A DNA stretch of 64,000 bases from Obrimoposthia wandeli (lineage: Eukaryota). The first letter of the stretch is position 1; every line of letters starts with the position of its first letter. Location: assembly GCA_977020255.1 (NCBI GenBank), contig CDROCS010000506.1, forward strand, positions 2,914,001 to 2,978,000. Direction: 5' to 3'. Below, in pieces: positions 29,884 to 40,746 of this stretch. The translations under genes and the position numbers were made by a program. Below the pieces are notes generated by a model, which saw nothing but the letters and a program-made list of their open reading frames with translations, was not told the DNA's origin and made no database searches.

Positions 29884-32739
29884 ATGAAATTAACTAAACG
29901 TTCCGATACGGTCAGTAAGGACGAAAAACAACTCGGTATTTCACGCCGTGCTTTTATGCGCAACTCTTCAATCGCTGCCGCTGGTGGTGCTGTCGGTGTG
30001 GGTATGTTCGCACCGGGCATGATGAAAAAGGCTGAAGCTAAGTCAGTTGATCCTGAATCGCCAGTAGAAATTAAACGTACTATCTGCTCTCACTGTTCTG
30101 TGGGCTGCGGTATCTACGCTGAAGTGCAAGAAGGTGTGTGGACAGGCCAAGAACCTGCATTTGATCACCCGTTCAACGCGGGCGGTCACTGTGCTAAAGG
30201 TGCTGCATTGCGCGAGCATGGTCATGGTGCTAAACGTCTAAAATATCCAATGAAACTGGTTAACGGTAAATGGATAAAAATGAGCTGGGAAACAGCACTT
30301 GAAGAAGTCAGTCAGCAAGTGCTTAAGATCCGTGAAGAGTCAGGTCCTGATTCTGTGTACTGGTTAGGCTCAGCAAAACACAATAATGAACAGGCGTATT
30401 TGTTCCGTAAAATGGTATCGATGTGGGGCACAAATAATGTCGATCACCAAGCACGTATTTGTCACTCTACAACAGTAGCGGGTGTAGCAAATACCTGGGG
30501 TTATGGCGCGATGACTAACTCGCTAAATGACATGCATAACTGTAAATCTATCTTGTTCATTGGCTCAAACCCTGCAGAAGCGCATCCTGTTGCTATGCAG
30601 CATATCCTCATCGCCAAAGAAAAGAACAGCTGTAAAATTGTGGTTGCCGATCCACGTCGTACCCGTACTGCAGCAAAAGCCGATCATTACGTATCACTAC
30701 GTCCTGGTTCTGACGTTGCCTTCGTTTGGGGCGTGCTATATCACGTGTTTAAAAACGAATGGGAAGATAAAGAATTTATCCATCAACGTGTTTATGGTAT
30801 GGAAGAAGTTCGTGCTGAAGTGGCTAAATGGACACCTGCAGAAGTTGAACGTGTATCTGGTGTGCCAGAAGCGGAAGTTTATGAAACCGCAAAACTATTA
30901 TCTGAAAACCGTCCAGGTTGCGTAGTTTGGTGTATGGGTGGTACTCAGCATACGACGGGTAATAACAATACTCGTGCTTATTGTATTCTTGAACTTGCGT
31001 TAGGCAACATGGGTAAATCTGGCGGCGGTGCTAATATTTTCCGTGGTCACGATAACGTCCAGGGCGCAACCGATTTTGGTGTGTTATCAGATAACTTACC
31101 GGGTTATTACGGTTTGTCTGAAGGCGCATGGAAACATTGGGCTGGGGTATGGGATGTTGATTACGAATGGCTGAAAAACCGTTTTGATCAAAAAGACTAC
31201 CGCGGCAAGCTGCCAATGAACCATGCTGGTATTCCGGTATCGCGTTGGATTGATGGCGTATTAGAAAACAAAGATAATATCGAACAGAACGATAACATTC
31301 GTGCCATGTTCTATTGGGGTCACGCGGTTAACTCACAAACACGTGGTCCAGAAATGCGCACAGCGATGGGCAAACTGGACATGATGGTTATTGTTGACCC
31401 GTATCCAGGTGTTGCAGCAGTAATGAACGGTCGTACTGACAATGTTTACTTGCTACCAGCGACAACGCAGTTTGAAACGACTGGCTCGGTTACTGCAACC
31501 AACCGTTCAATTCAATGGCGTGACAAGGTCATAGAACCGTTATTTGAATCAAAACCTGATCATGAAATCATGTATTTATTGATGAAAAAATTAGGTCTAG
31601 CGGATCAAGTGTTCAAGCACATCGAGGTTAAAAATAACCAACCTGTGATTGAAGATATTACCCGTGAATATAACAAAGGTATGTGGACAATCGGTTATAC
31701 CGGTCAAAGTCCAGAACGCTTGAAAGCACATCAGAAAAATTGGCATACATTCCATAAAACCACGCTAGAAGGCGAGGGCGGTGTAGCGAACGGTGAAACT
31801 TACGGTTTACCTTGGCCATGTTGGGGTACGCCAGAGATGAAACATCCTGGTACTCATATTCTTTATGACACATCTAAGCCTGTTGCTTTAGGTGGCGGTA
31901 ATTTCCGTGCCCGTTTTGGTGTTGAGCGTAATGGTGAAAGCTTACTGGCTGTAGACAGTTATTCAAAAGACTGTGAGTTAGAAGGCGGTTTCCCAGAATT
32001 CAGTGCCAAACTGCTTAAGCAACTTGGCTGGTGGGATGAACTGACTGCGGATGAGAAATTAAAAGCAGAAGGTAAGAACTGGAAAACCGACGTATCTGGT
32101 GGCATTCAACGTGTGGCAATTAAACACGGTTGTATCCCATTTGGTAACGCTAAAGCCCGTGCTGTAGTGTGGACGTTCCCGGATGCTGTGCCGATTCACC
32201 GCGAACCTTTGTATACGCCTCGTCGTGACTTAGTTGCTGATTATCCAACTTGGGATGACAGTGAAGCGATGTTCCGTTTACCGACGTTATACAAATCAAT
32301 CCAAGACAAAGATGTATCGGGCGAATACCCAATTATCTTAACCTCGGGTCGTTTGGTTGAATATGAAGGTGGTGGTGATGAAACGCGTTCAAATCCTTGG
32401 TTAGCAGAATTACAACAAGAAATGTTTGTTGAAGTTAACCCTAAAGATGCTAACGATTTAGGCTTTAGAGACGGTGAAATGGTGTGGGTTGAAGGTGCTG
32501 AAAAAGGCCGTATTCATGTTAAAGCGATGGTTACGCGCCGGGTTAAACCGGGTCTTGCGTTTTTACCATTCCATTTCGGTGGTTATTTCCAAGGTGAAGA
32601 CTTACGTGGCAATTATCCTGAAGGTTCGGTGCCATATGTATCGGGCGAATCAGCAAACATTGCAACAACCTATGGTTATGATCCTGTGACACAAATGCAG
32701 GAAACGAAAGTAACCCTCTGTAAAATATCTAAAGCGTAA
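29884..32739 (+). CDS. fdhA: Periplasmic formate dehydrogenase alpha subunit, cysteine-type, probably W-bisPGD
   Basis: Tat signal SRRAFMR, 4Fe-4S motif CSHCSVGC...C, active site ARICHS with Cys rather than Sec, FRGHDNVQG. Confidence 0.95.
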   Translation: MKLTKRSDTVSKDEKQLGISRRAFMRNSSIAAAGGAVGVGMFAPGMMKKAEAKSVDPESPVEIKRTICSHCSVGCGIYAEVQEGVWTGQEPAFDHPFNAGGHCAKGAALREHGHGAKRLKYPMKLVNGKWIKMSWETALEEVSQQVLKIREESGPDSVYWLGSAKHNNEQAYLFRKMVSMWGTNNVDHQARICHSTTVAGVANTWGYGAMTNSLNDMHNCKSILFIGSNPAEAHPVAMQHILIAKEKNSCKIVVADPRRTRTAAKADHYVSLRPGSDVAFVWGVLYHVFKNEWEDKEFIHQRVYGMEEVRAEVAKWTPAEVERVSGVPEAEVYETAKLLSENRPGCVVWCMGGTQHTTGNNNTRAYCILELALGNMGKSGGGANIFRGHDNVQGATDFGVLSDNLPGYYGLSEGAWKHWAGVWDVDYEWLKNRFDQKDYRGKLPMNHAGIPVSRWIDGVLENKDNIEQNDNIRAMFYWGHAVNSQTRGPEMRTAMGKLDMMVIVDPYPGVAAVMNGRTDNVYLLPATTQFETTGSVTATNRSIQWRDKVIEPLFESKPDHEIMYLLMKKLGLADQVFKHIEVKNNQPVIEDITREYNKGMWTIGYTGQSPERLKAHQKNWHTFHKTTLEGEGGVANGETYGLPWPCWGTPEMKHPGTHILYDTSKPVALGGGNFRARFGVERNGESLLAVDSYSKDCELEGGFPEFSAKLLKQLGWWDELTADEKLKAEGKNWKTDVSGGIQRVAIKHGCIPFGNAKARAVVWTFPDAVPIHREPLYTPRRDLVADYPTWDDSEAMFRLPTLYKSIQDKDVSGEYPIILTSGRLVEYEGGGDETRSNPWLAELQQEMFVEVNPKDANDLGFRDGEMVWVEGAEKGRIHVKAMVTRRVKPGLAFLPFHFGGYFQGEDLRGNYPEGSVPYVSGESANIATTYGYDPVTQMQETKVTLCKISKA

Positions 32740-32751
32740 GGAGTCATTCCG

Positions 32752-33369
32752 ATGGCGAGTATGAAATTTCTGTGTGACTCGAAGCGTTGTATTGAATGCA
32801 ATGGTTGTGTTACCGCATGTAAGAACGAAAATGATGATGCCCTTGAATGGGGTATCCAACGCCGCCGTGTTGTTACTTTAAACGACGGCGAACCGGGTGA
32901 AAGCTCAATCTCTGTGGCATGTATGCATTGTACTGATGCACCGTGTATGGCTGTTTGTCCTGCAGATTGCTTTGAGCGTACTGAAGACGGCATCGTATTA
33001 CACGACAAAGATCTGTGTATCGGTTGTGGTTATTGCTTGTTTGCCTGCCCATTTGGCGCGCCGCAATTTCCAAAACAAGATGCCTTTGGTGAACGTGGCA
33101 AGATGGATAAATGTACCTTCTGTGCTGGTGGACCAAATGTAGAAGATGGTTCAGCTGAAGAGAAAGAAAAATACGGCGCTAACCGTATTGCTGAAGGTAA
33201 GTTACCTATGTGTGCATCGCTTTGTTCTACTAAAGCCTTGCTTGCTGGTGATGCATCTAAGATCTCTGATGTTTATGCTGAGCGTGTTGTTGCCCGTGGT
33301 GCTAAAAATGCTGGTTGGGCAAGTACTGCTGACCTCTCTTATGATGCGAGTAAACCGCAAGAAAGCTAA
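32752..33369 (+). CDS. fdhB: Formate dehydrogenase Fe-S beta subunit
   Basis: Four Cys clusters: CIECNGC, CMHCTDAPCMAVCP, CIGCGYCLFACP, KCTFC. Confidence 0.95.
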   Translation: MASMKFLCDSKRCIECNGCVTACKNENDDALEWGIQRRRVVTLNDGEPGESSISVACMHCTDAPCMAVCPADCFERTEDGIVLHDKDLCIGCGYCLFACPFGAPQFPKQDAFGERGKMDKCTFCAGGPNVEDGSAEEKEKYGANRIAEGKLPMCASLCSTKALLAGDASKISDVYAERVVARGAKNAGWASTADLSYDASKPQES

Positions 33370-33532
33370 TCTAGGTACGCTGGTTAATGTAAATTAACTG
33401 GCTGCTGTAATAGTGATTAGTTTTAATATCTATTAGTTTAATAGCTATTAGTTTTAATACATAGAGGCAGTCGGTTTAGTGATAAGCCGCTGTCTATTTA
33501 GCGCTGCTGTGTAGACACAGTGAGGAGATTTA

Positions 33533-34591
33533 ATGACTAAGCGAATTCAACATTGGTTCACTCTGTTAGTGAGTGTATTAATGCTGAGCTTTACCTTGTC
33601 AGCATTTGCGAGTGAACCCGCAGATGACAAGACGCGCAGTGAACGTTTAGGCGAATCGTCAGTACAAGGTGAGCTTGCTGGTTTTGCTGGCGCTGATTAT
33701 TGGCGTGCAGTGCGAGATGGCCAAGAGGGTTACACGACATCAAAATCACCAGAACACGGTGTATTGATCAGTGTACCTGGTCAAGCTTGGTTTATTCTCA
33801 AAGAGAAATGGATGTCACCATTAGGTGCATTAGCGATCTTTGGCAGTATCGGATTAGTGGTACTGGCTTATTTCACTATTGGTCCATTAAGACTGAGTAA
33901 AGCTAAAACTGGCCGTAAGATCCAACGTTGGAGTTTGGTTGACCGGACACTGCATTGGAGTATGGCATTTACCTTTTTGAGTCTTGCTGCGACAGGACTG
34001 GCGTTGGTATACGGCAAGCACTTTATTAAACCCATTATTCCACGTGATATTTGGGCGATGTTTATTTATGGCGCCAAACAGTATCACAACTATGTGGGTC
34101 CATTGTTTGCCATCTTACTGTTTACGGTGATGGTTAAGTGGTGGCGTAAGAGCTTGTTTACCAAAGTCGATATCAAATGGTTCATGAAAATGGGCGGTAT
34201 GGTCGGTAAACATAAAGGTTCGCACCCATCAGCTGACTTCTCTAACGGTGGTGAAAAAGCGCTGTTTTGGTTACTGATATTTTGTGGTGTGTTTATTACT
34301 CTTAGTGGTTTTGTTCTAGATTTCCCATTGTTTGATCAAACACGTCGTGACATGGAACTCTCTAACTTAGTGCATATGTTGGCATCGTTAGTATTGATCT
34401 GTGGTTTTGTATTCCATATCTATGTTGGTTTAGTCGGTATCGAAGCATCACTAGAAGGTATGGTGACTGGCGAAGTTGATGAAACATGGGCGAAAGAGCA
34501 CCATGATATCTGGTATGAAAAAGTGAAAGACTTACCAGAGAATCAGTCGACTACAGAGCCAGCGTCAAAGGCAAAGCCAGAAGACAAATAG
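33533..34591 (+). CDS. fdhC: Formate dehydrogenase cytochrome b gamma subunit
   Basis: N-terminal signal/periplasmic part, TM helices with heme His residues (TLHW, YHNY, LVHM, FHIY), EWAKEHH-type motif. Confidence 0.92.
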   Translation: MTKRIQHWFTLLVSVLMLSFTLSAFASEPADDKTRSERLGESSVQGELAGFAGADYWRAVRDGQEGYTTSKSPEHGVLISVPGQAWFILKEKWMSPLGALAIFGSIGLVVLAYFTIGPLRLSKAKTGRKIQRWSLVDRTLHWSMAFTFLSLAATGLALVYGKHFIKPIIPRDIWAMFIYGAKQYHNYVGPLFAILLFTVMVKWWRKSLFTKVDIKWFMKMGGMVGKHKGSHPSADFSNGGEKALFWLLIFCGVFITLSGFVLDFPLFDQTRRDMELSNLVHMLASLVLICGFVFHIYVGLVGIEASLEGMVTGEVDETWAKEHHDIWYEKVKDLPENQSTTEPASKAKPEDK

Positions 34592-34666
34592 TCGGATGGT
34601 AACTCGCTAGATAGTGCTCGTCTGATAACCCCGTCAGAGTTACAATATAAGTAGATGTTTTTTATA

Positions 34667-34696
34667 AAAATCCCCCGTCAACTGACGAGGGATTTT
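34667..34696. terminator. Terminator between fdhC and the chitinase
   Basis: AAAATCCCCCGTCA-AC-TGACGAGGGATTTT. Confidence 0.7.
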
Positions 34697-34722
34697 AATT
34701 TTATGCTAAAATGATACATCAT

Positions 34723-36381
34723 TTATTGGCATGAAATTTCATCCCACAGATTGTTAGAAACCGTTGGTGTATCCCAAACGCCAGGAGCATTTTTAGCAAT
34801 AAAACACTTACCTTCATTTGTTACTTTGTCACCGTTGGCTACTTGAGATGCACCATCTTCCCAAATAATGAAATTAGTTGGTGATGAATCAACTGACGTT
34901 GCACTTACTGGTGTGGCTGTTACTGTCTTAATGAATAACCATGGTCCACCTGCGTCAGGTAAATCACCTTGTGTCCACCACTTACTTTCATAGATAGAGT
35001 CCTTATAACTCACTTGTTCACCCGCTGAAGCATACACTTTACTGGCATCCCAAGCCGTTACACCACCTGCTCCGGGATCTGTCGGTTCAGTCGGTTTCGC
35101 TGGCATTTCACTGTCAGGTACTATACGTACTTCAGGCCAACCTGCGTGAGAGCCATAGAAGTTTGTCACACACTTACCATAATCACCTGGTTCTAGAGCC
35201 GAATAAGCGGTTTGGAAACCAACTAATTCACACTCAAACGAAGCTCCACCTGGACGGTCCGCGTAATATTTCCAGTTACCATCCCAGTTTGTATAAAGCA
35301 CGTCAGTTGCGCCATTCAGATTAATACTGCCGTAGGGTGTTTGTTGGAAACACGTATTTTTCTCATCAGATTCAATCGGTATTTGGTAGTGTGCTGACAA
35401 TCCCTCCCAGTAACGAATTCGGTTAACTGGTTGCCCTTTCGTTTTGTTTTGCTCTCCACACTCTATCCCGCCGTTGATAACATTGATTGTCGTACCAAAA
35501 CCATAAGTAATGCCGGCATCTGCTTCACGTTGTGATGGAGACCATGTACGATCAATAACATGTAACATTGCTGGTTTAGGTGCCTGAGGCGTCAAAAAGA
35601 ACCAAACAGCAGATGCTAAATTCAACCAAGAATCAGCAACAATACTGGGGTTATCTAACAGTACTGTGGCATCACCGTCGAACATTACTTCAGAGAACAT
35701 GCCATAGTTAAAATGGTAAGAAAGTTGTTTCGCACCGCGACCAAAGTAACCTTGTCCTGGAGAACATGGCCAACGGGCATTTTGCCAATCGTTTTGACCA
35801 CAACCTGTCGTGTAGCCAGCTTGTCCTTCAGACCAACCCATTTCTCGAACGTGTACAAGCGCTTGCTGCCACTCTTCTAATGCTTGTGGGTTGTCTGAGA
35901 TATTGTCTTTAGCAATATGCCCGCCCGTTTCTTGTGAGAAATGAGCAAATGCCGTAATAATTGATTTTTTACAAATTGCATCTGAGTTACGGTCATCTGT
36001 GTATTCTCCACAGAATGCTGGGAATTTACCAACAGCACGTAATAAACGTGTATAGGTATATTCAGGCGCGGCCATCTGCGTTAAGAAGTCCCATTCAGAT
36101 TGTGGGAAAACACGTTCTAAGCGTTTAACATTGTCTGGATTTGACGCTAAACCAGGTTCAATGGCGTCGACCACTGCGTTAGGCTGTGTGCGTAATGCTT
36201 GAGCCCAAATATCATACATAGGGTCCAATGTTTTAGCATCTTCTGCTGCTTGAATATCTGATTGAGAAACGATAAATCCGGTAGGGTTAAGTGGGTCTTC
36301 TTGTGGGGTCATTGCGTAACTGTTAAGCACAACCCCGTAGCCAGTTAAAATAGATAGAAGTGTACGTTTAAACATGATCAT
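34723..36381 (-). CDS. GH19 chitinase with two C-terminal CBM5/12-like chitin-binding modules
   Basis: Signal peptide, FSQETG and VREMG catalytic Glu motifs, YFGRGAKQLSYHFNY, INGGIEC, Pro/Thr linker, AWDASKVY...AKWW-type module (YESKWWTQGD). Confidence 0.9.
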   Translation of the reverse strand: MIMFKRTLLSILTGYGVVLNSYAMTPQEDPLNPTGFIVSQSDIQAAEDAKTLDPMYDIWAQALRTQPNAVVDAIEPGLASNPDNVKRLERVFPQSEWDFLTQMAAPEYTYTRLLRAVGKFPAFCGEYTDDRNSDAICKKSIITAFAHFSQETGGHIAKDNISDNPQALEEWQQALVHVREMGWSEGQAGYTTGCGQNDWQNARWPCSPGQGYFGRGAKQLSYHFNYGMFSEVMFDGDATVLLDNPSIVADSWLNLASAVWFFLTPQAPKPAMLHVIDRTWSPSQREADAGITYGFGTTINVINGGIECGEQNKTKGQPVNRIRYWEGLSAHYQIPIESDEKNTCFQQTPYGSINLNGATDVLYTNWDGNWKYYADRPGGASFECELVGFQTAYSALEPGDYGKCVTNFYGSHAGWPEVRIVPDSEMPAKPTEPTDPGAGGVTAWDASKVYASAGEQVSYKDSIYESKWWTQGDLPDAGGPWLFIKTVTATPVSATSVDSSPTNFIIWEDGASQVANGDKVTNEGKCFIAKNAPGVWDTPTVSNNLWDEISCQ

Positions 36382-36862
36382 TCCTTATCGCATGCCAATG
36401 CTAGGCATATATCCATTATTTTCTGGTCCGTAGTAAAAACCAGAAAGTCCATTCCGGAAAATATGTACTCATTTAAGTTAATTCAAATTAATCAAATTAA
36501 GATAATACCTTCTGGATGAAACATAATTAGCACAGCGAAATATGTTGTCAATGATTGAGCCGATGAATAACTAAGCCTTGTGCAGTTCTCCGCATTATTA
36601 GTACTCATTTATGGTTATTGATTTCTTTTTCATATCTACCTCGTGTAGATTGAAAAATACTTGAGTGATCATGTCTGTAAAATAGTGAAGCTTTAGATTT
36701 TATTGAGAAAGTAGAGCGGGATAGATAGTCGTCGTGAATGGTAAGAAGAAATTATAAAGAGGGAATAGGGCGTGATGTTAGTTCGCCACTATCTTATTTA
36801 ACGCTATGCTGTTGCTAGCACAGCGTCAGGTTCGTTATTTACACGGACAAGCACAATCGCGA

Positions 36863-38689
36863 CTAAACGCGACCTTGTAGTGGTACTACACGCACCAAAT
36901 CACCAATTTCTGCATTTGCCTGTTCAGGTAATACTTCAACCAAACAATTCGCTTCACTCATCGAACGTAAGATGCCTGAGCCTTGCTGTCCGGTACTTTT
37001 TACGGTTAAACGACCATTAGCATCAAAACTAAAAATACCACGGGTATACTCTGTACGGTTAGGACGAGAGCGGAACTTTTCTGTCGCAACAGCATTGAAC
37101 ACTTGTGGCTGCCAATTATCCATACCTTGCAGTTTGCGGATCACAGGTTCGACAAATTGTAAAAACACCACCATCACGGCAACTGGATTGCCCGGTAAAC
37201 CAAAAAACGGCGTGTCATCGATGTGGCCAAAGGCAAGCGGACGACCTGGACGCATATTAATACGCCAAAAGTTAATTTGTCCGAGCTTGGCTAATACTGT
37301 CTTAATGTAATCAGCATCGCCAACCGAGACACCACCAGAAGATAAGATTAAATCAGCTTGCTGGGCACCTTGTTCTAAGGTCATTTCCAATGCAGCTTCA
37401 TTGTCTTCGATAATACCTAGGTCAATCACCTCACAACCCGCTTGCGTTAACATCGCGTGTAAAGTGTAGCGGTTGGAATCGTAGATACAGTTATTCTTTT
37501 GCGCTTCACCTGGATGTTGAACTTCATCACCGGTGGAAAAAATCGCCACGCGAATTGCTCTTTTTACCGAGACTTGATTGATCCCCAATGAGGCGATCAT
37601 GCCTAACTCTGGTGCGGTGATCTTGCTATTCGCAGCAACGGCTGTTTGGCCTAATGCTAGATCTTCACCTGCTTGGCGTACATTCTGGCCAGCGTTAATT
37701 GCAGCCATGTTTAGATTAAAACGCACTATGTTGTCGATTTGCTCTGCTTGCTCACGCATCACGACTGTATCTGCGTACTCTGGTACCGCTGCACCCGTCA
37801 TGATTCGGACTGCTTGGCCTTTTTCGAGTGGTAAGTCGTAACTGTGACCAGCCATCACATGAGCAACGACCGTATAGTCTTCACGTTCTAAATCATCACC
37901 GCGAATGGCATAACCATCCATTGCTGAATTGGTGTGTTGTGGAACATTGACGGGCGATAAAATATCACGTGCGACAATTTGACCCAAAGCGGCTTTTAAA
38001 TCAACGGTCTGCGCTTGTTCAATTGGTACAATATGACCAAGGATACGTTCACGACCTTCGGCAACAGATAACATGCCTTGTGGTGTTAGATCGCCGCACT
38101 GCAAGCCTTGTGGTAGTAATTGCGATGCTGCGCTAGTATCAACTTCGCCTTGAATAAAGCGCACCACAAAATCGGTGATCTGTTCAAGATTATTAATATC
38201 GAGTAGGGGGAGTGACGCTTTTTCTGCTAAAGCTGCTGATCCCGATGCGGGAACAGCTACATTGGCTGCCACGGCAATAATATTATCATCTGTTGGATGC
38301 AACCAAGGTTTGCCTACTTCACTACGGTGTAATTCAATCTTAGGGAAACTCAGCTTTTTAAAGCCTTCAACCAAAATAAGGTCGAGTTGGGTTTGATCTA
38401 ATTGCGCGATTAAATGCGGCAATGTTGCTTCTTCATCAGGTGTTTCGGTGACTAATGCACGGCGACAACGTGATGAGATCAGCATTTGGCTCGCGCCTGC
38501 TTTACGTAAGCGGTGGCTGTCTTTACCTGGTTGGTCAATATCAAAATCATGGTGTGCATGTTTAATCACAGCAACCCGAATACCACGCGCAACTAGCTTA
38601 GGTAACATGGCTTCAAGTAGTGTTGTTTTACCTGTACCACTGAAGGCTGCAAAGCCAAGTAAAGGCAGTGACGCGTAGATTTTACTCAT
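36863..38689 (-). CDS. mobB-moeA: Fused MobB-MoeA (molybdopterin metal insertase)
   Basis: N-terminal SGTGKTT, IKHAHHDFDID, VEGFK (MobB). SAMDGYA, RIMTGA, SGGVSVGD, MRPGRP, LPGNP (MoeA). Confidence 0.92.
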   Translation of the reverse strand: MSKIYASLPLLGFAAFSGTGKTTLLEAMLPKLVARGIRVAVIKHAHHDFDIDQPGKDSHRLRKAGASQMLISSRCRRALVTETPDEEATLPHLIAQLDQTQLDLILVEGFKKLSFPKIELHRSEVGKPWLHPTDDNIIAVAANVAVPASGSAALAEKASLPLLDINNLEQITDFVVRFIQGEVDTSAASQLLPQGLQCGDLTPQGMLSVAEGRERILGHIVPIEQAQTVDLKAALGQIVARDILSPVNVPQHTNSAMDGYAIRGDDLEREDYTVVAHVMAGHSYDLPLEKGQAVRIMTGAAVPEYADTVVMREQAEQIDNIVRFNLNMAAINAGQNVRQAGEDLALGQTAVAANSKITAPELGMIASLGINQVSVKRAIRVAIFSTGDEVQHPGEAQKNNCIYDSNRYTLHAMLTQAGCEVIDLGIIEDNEAALEMTLEQGAQQADLILSSGGVSVGDADYIKTVLAKLGQINFWRINMRPGRPLAFGHIDDTPFFGLPGNPVAVMVVFLQFVEPVIRKLQGMDNWQPQVFNAVATEKFRSRPNRTEYTRGIFSFDANGRLTVKSTGQQGSGILRSMSEANCLVEVLPEQANAEIGDLVRVVPLQGRV

Positions 38690-38727
38690 AGGTGTAGACT
38701 CATTGTTGGTGATTTATTATGGCTAAT

Positions 38728-39312
38728 TTATTGCTGTCCAAATTGGGCTAGTTCCACAGGGGTATTTAAATTAACGAAGGCATTTGGCTGATCGCTAAAG
38801 TCCACTGTGAGCATATTGCACTGACGATACAACAGGATGATCTTACGATCGCCATTATCTAAAAATGCTTCTAATTTAGGTAAAATACGGCGATGTAACA
38901 GCGTTACTACGGGTTGAATATGTTCACCATCATGGGCAACGAGGATATCTGTGTCAGCTTGGCAAGCTGCGGCCATTCGCGCGACTAAATCATGCGGTAG
39001 TTGTGGGCAATCACAAGGTACAAAGCCAATCCATTCAGCATCTGTTAAATGTAAAATTGCAGCATGCATACCACCGAGTGGTCCTGGGTAACCTTGTAAT
39101 TTATCACCAAATACCGCACCGTATTGGCTGTACTCATCTTGGTTGCGATTGGCGTTAATTGCAATTTCAGCTGTCTGTGGTGCCAAGGTATCGATAACAT
39201 GCTCAATCATGGCTTTACCCGCTAATTGCACTAAGCCTTTATCGTTGCCACCCATGCGGCTTGCTTGCCCGCCTGCTAAAATTACCCAACTTGTTTGTTC
39301 AGCCGAAAGCAT
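38728..39312 (-). CDS. mobA: Molybdenum cofactor guanylyltransferase
   Basis: Motifs [32 protein letters not shown]. Confidence 0.94.
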   Translation of the reverse strand: MLSAEQTSWVILAGGQASRMGGNDKGLVQLAGKAMIEHVIDTLAPQTAEIAINANRNQDEYSQYGAVFGDKLQGYPGPLGGMHAAILHLTDAEWIGFVPCDCPQLPHDLVARMAAACQADTDILVAHDGEHIQPVVTLLHRRILPKLEAFLDNGDRKIILLYRQCNMLTVDFSDQPNAFVNLNTPVELAQFGQQ

Positions 39313-40003
39313 AGTTATCCTTATCTTTTTTAATGAGCTGTAAATCTGCTCGTTCGATTAGTTTGCTATTGCTAATGCACCATTGACGGCGGCAAAGTGC
39401 GGTAAGCGCATTTTGCTGGTGGCTGGTGATGACTAACGTTGAGCCGCGCTCGAGTAAATCTTTGGCTAACACCACTTGGCGTTCGATGGATTCTTTATCC
39501 ATACTGGCACTTGATTCATCCATTAACAGCACGCTGGGTTTTAGTACCCACGCTCTGGCCATTGCGACACGTTGGCGTTCGCCACCTGACAATACCGAAA
39601 TATGTTCATTAGCTAAGGTCTCTAACCCTACCATACGTAAGGCAGTTATCGCTTCACTTCGTTGTTCTTGGCGGCCTTTTAGGGCGAATTTTAAACCATA
39701 ACAGACATTATCCAATACGCTGCCATCAAACATATACGGTGTTTGGTGCATATAGATAACGCCATTTTTGCCATTACTTTTAAATAATCGTGCAAACCAG
39801 CTTTGGTTCTGTAGGTTGACAGTACCTGTGGTTGGGCTTTGTAAACCGGATAATATTTTTAGCAGGGTGGTTTTACCCACGCCGTTACCGCCAGTAAGGT
39901 AAATCGCTTCTTGCGGGCCGAATTTAAGGTGAGGTATGTGAAAAAGCAGCCGATCTTTAAAGCGAATCGAGATATCTTCTGCTTGAATTGTAATTTGCGA
40001 CAT
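39299..40003 (-). CDS. tupC: Tungstate ABC transporter ATPase
   Basis: [21 protein letters not shown]. In an operon with tupAB. Confidence 0.85.
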   Translation of the reverse strand: MSQITIQAEDISIRFKDRLLFHIPHLKFGPQEAIYLTGGNGVGKTTLLKILSGLQSPTTGTVNLQNQSWFARLFKSNGKNGVIYMHQTPYMFDGSVLDNVCYGLKFALKGRQEQRSEAITALRMVGLETLANEHISVLSGGERQRVAMARAWVLKPSVLLMDESSASMDKESIERQVVLAKDLLERGSTLVITSHQQNALTALCRRQWCISNSKLIERADLQLIKKDKDNYAFG

Positions 40004-40017
40004 GACCTTACCTCAGC

Positions 40018-40719
40018 CTAATTGGTACGCAAGTGGGCTTTACCACGGGCGATAGATAATAAGAAATTCAGTCCTAGGGCTAAGATTAATAACACCATGC
40101 CTAGGGCTACCCCTTGTGCAAATGCGCCTTTTGAACTTTCGAGAGCGATTGCAGTGGGGATATTACGGGTCGAATTGAGAATATTACCGCCGACCATCAT
40201 TGAACAGCCAACTTCGGTAATAATACGACTAAATGCGGCGATAACAGCAGCAAGTAGCGGGAATCGACATTCCCACATCAAACTTAATAATGCGCGGGGT
40301 AAACTTGCCCCCAATGTCAGTGCGGTTTCCCAAGCGCGGCGATCACTGTTTTGAAATGCCGCGTGCATCATTGACACTAAAATGGGAAAGCACACCATCA
40401 TCTGTCCCAATATCATCGCTTTTTGGGTGAATAGCATTTGCCAATCACCTAGCGGACCAGCGCGAGACAGCGTCATGTAAAGTAACAAGCCAATCACCAC
40501 GGTTGGGATTGATTGGCAGGTATTAAATAAGGATAGTATTAACCAACGCCCAGGGAATTTTCCGTAGGCGAGGGCAAAGGCGATCACTAATGCTGGTACG
40601 AGTACCAAGGTGATCGCCAGCAAAGACACTGAGAATGACACACCGACAATTCCCCACAGTGCCATATCGCCACTGAAGAGAAGTTGTACTGCGTCTTGGG
40701 TCGTTTGCCAGATATTCAT
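40018..40719 (-). CDS. tupB: Tungstate ABC transporter permease
   Basis: IPTVVIGL, EVGCSMMVGGNI, TRNIPTAIALE. Confidence 0.88.
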   Translation of the reverse strand: MNIWQTTQDAVQLLFSGDMALWGIVGVSFSVSLLAITLVLVPALVIAFALAYGKFPGRWLILSLFNTCQSIPTVVIGLLLYMTLSRAGPLGDWQMLFTQKAMILGQMMVCFPILVSMMHAAFQNSDRRAWETALTLGASLPRALLSLMWECRFPLLAAVIAAFSRIITEVGCSMMVGGNILNSTRNIPTAIALESSKGAFAQGVALGMVLLILALGLNFLLSIARGKAHLRTN

Positions 40720-40746
40720 TCGTTATCTAAGTTACTCGTTGGTTGA

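Noticed and set aside
30445-30475. Selenocysteine or SECIS in fdhA
   Set aside because: The active-site codon is TGT (Cys) and the frame is open throughout.
36382-36470. c-di-GMP riboswitch upstream of the chitinase
   Set aside because: Hairpins are present but the GGCAAAC / GAAA / GACGCAAAG consensus elements are not.
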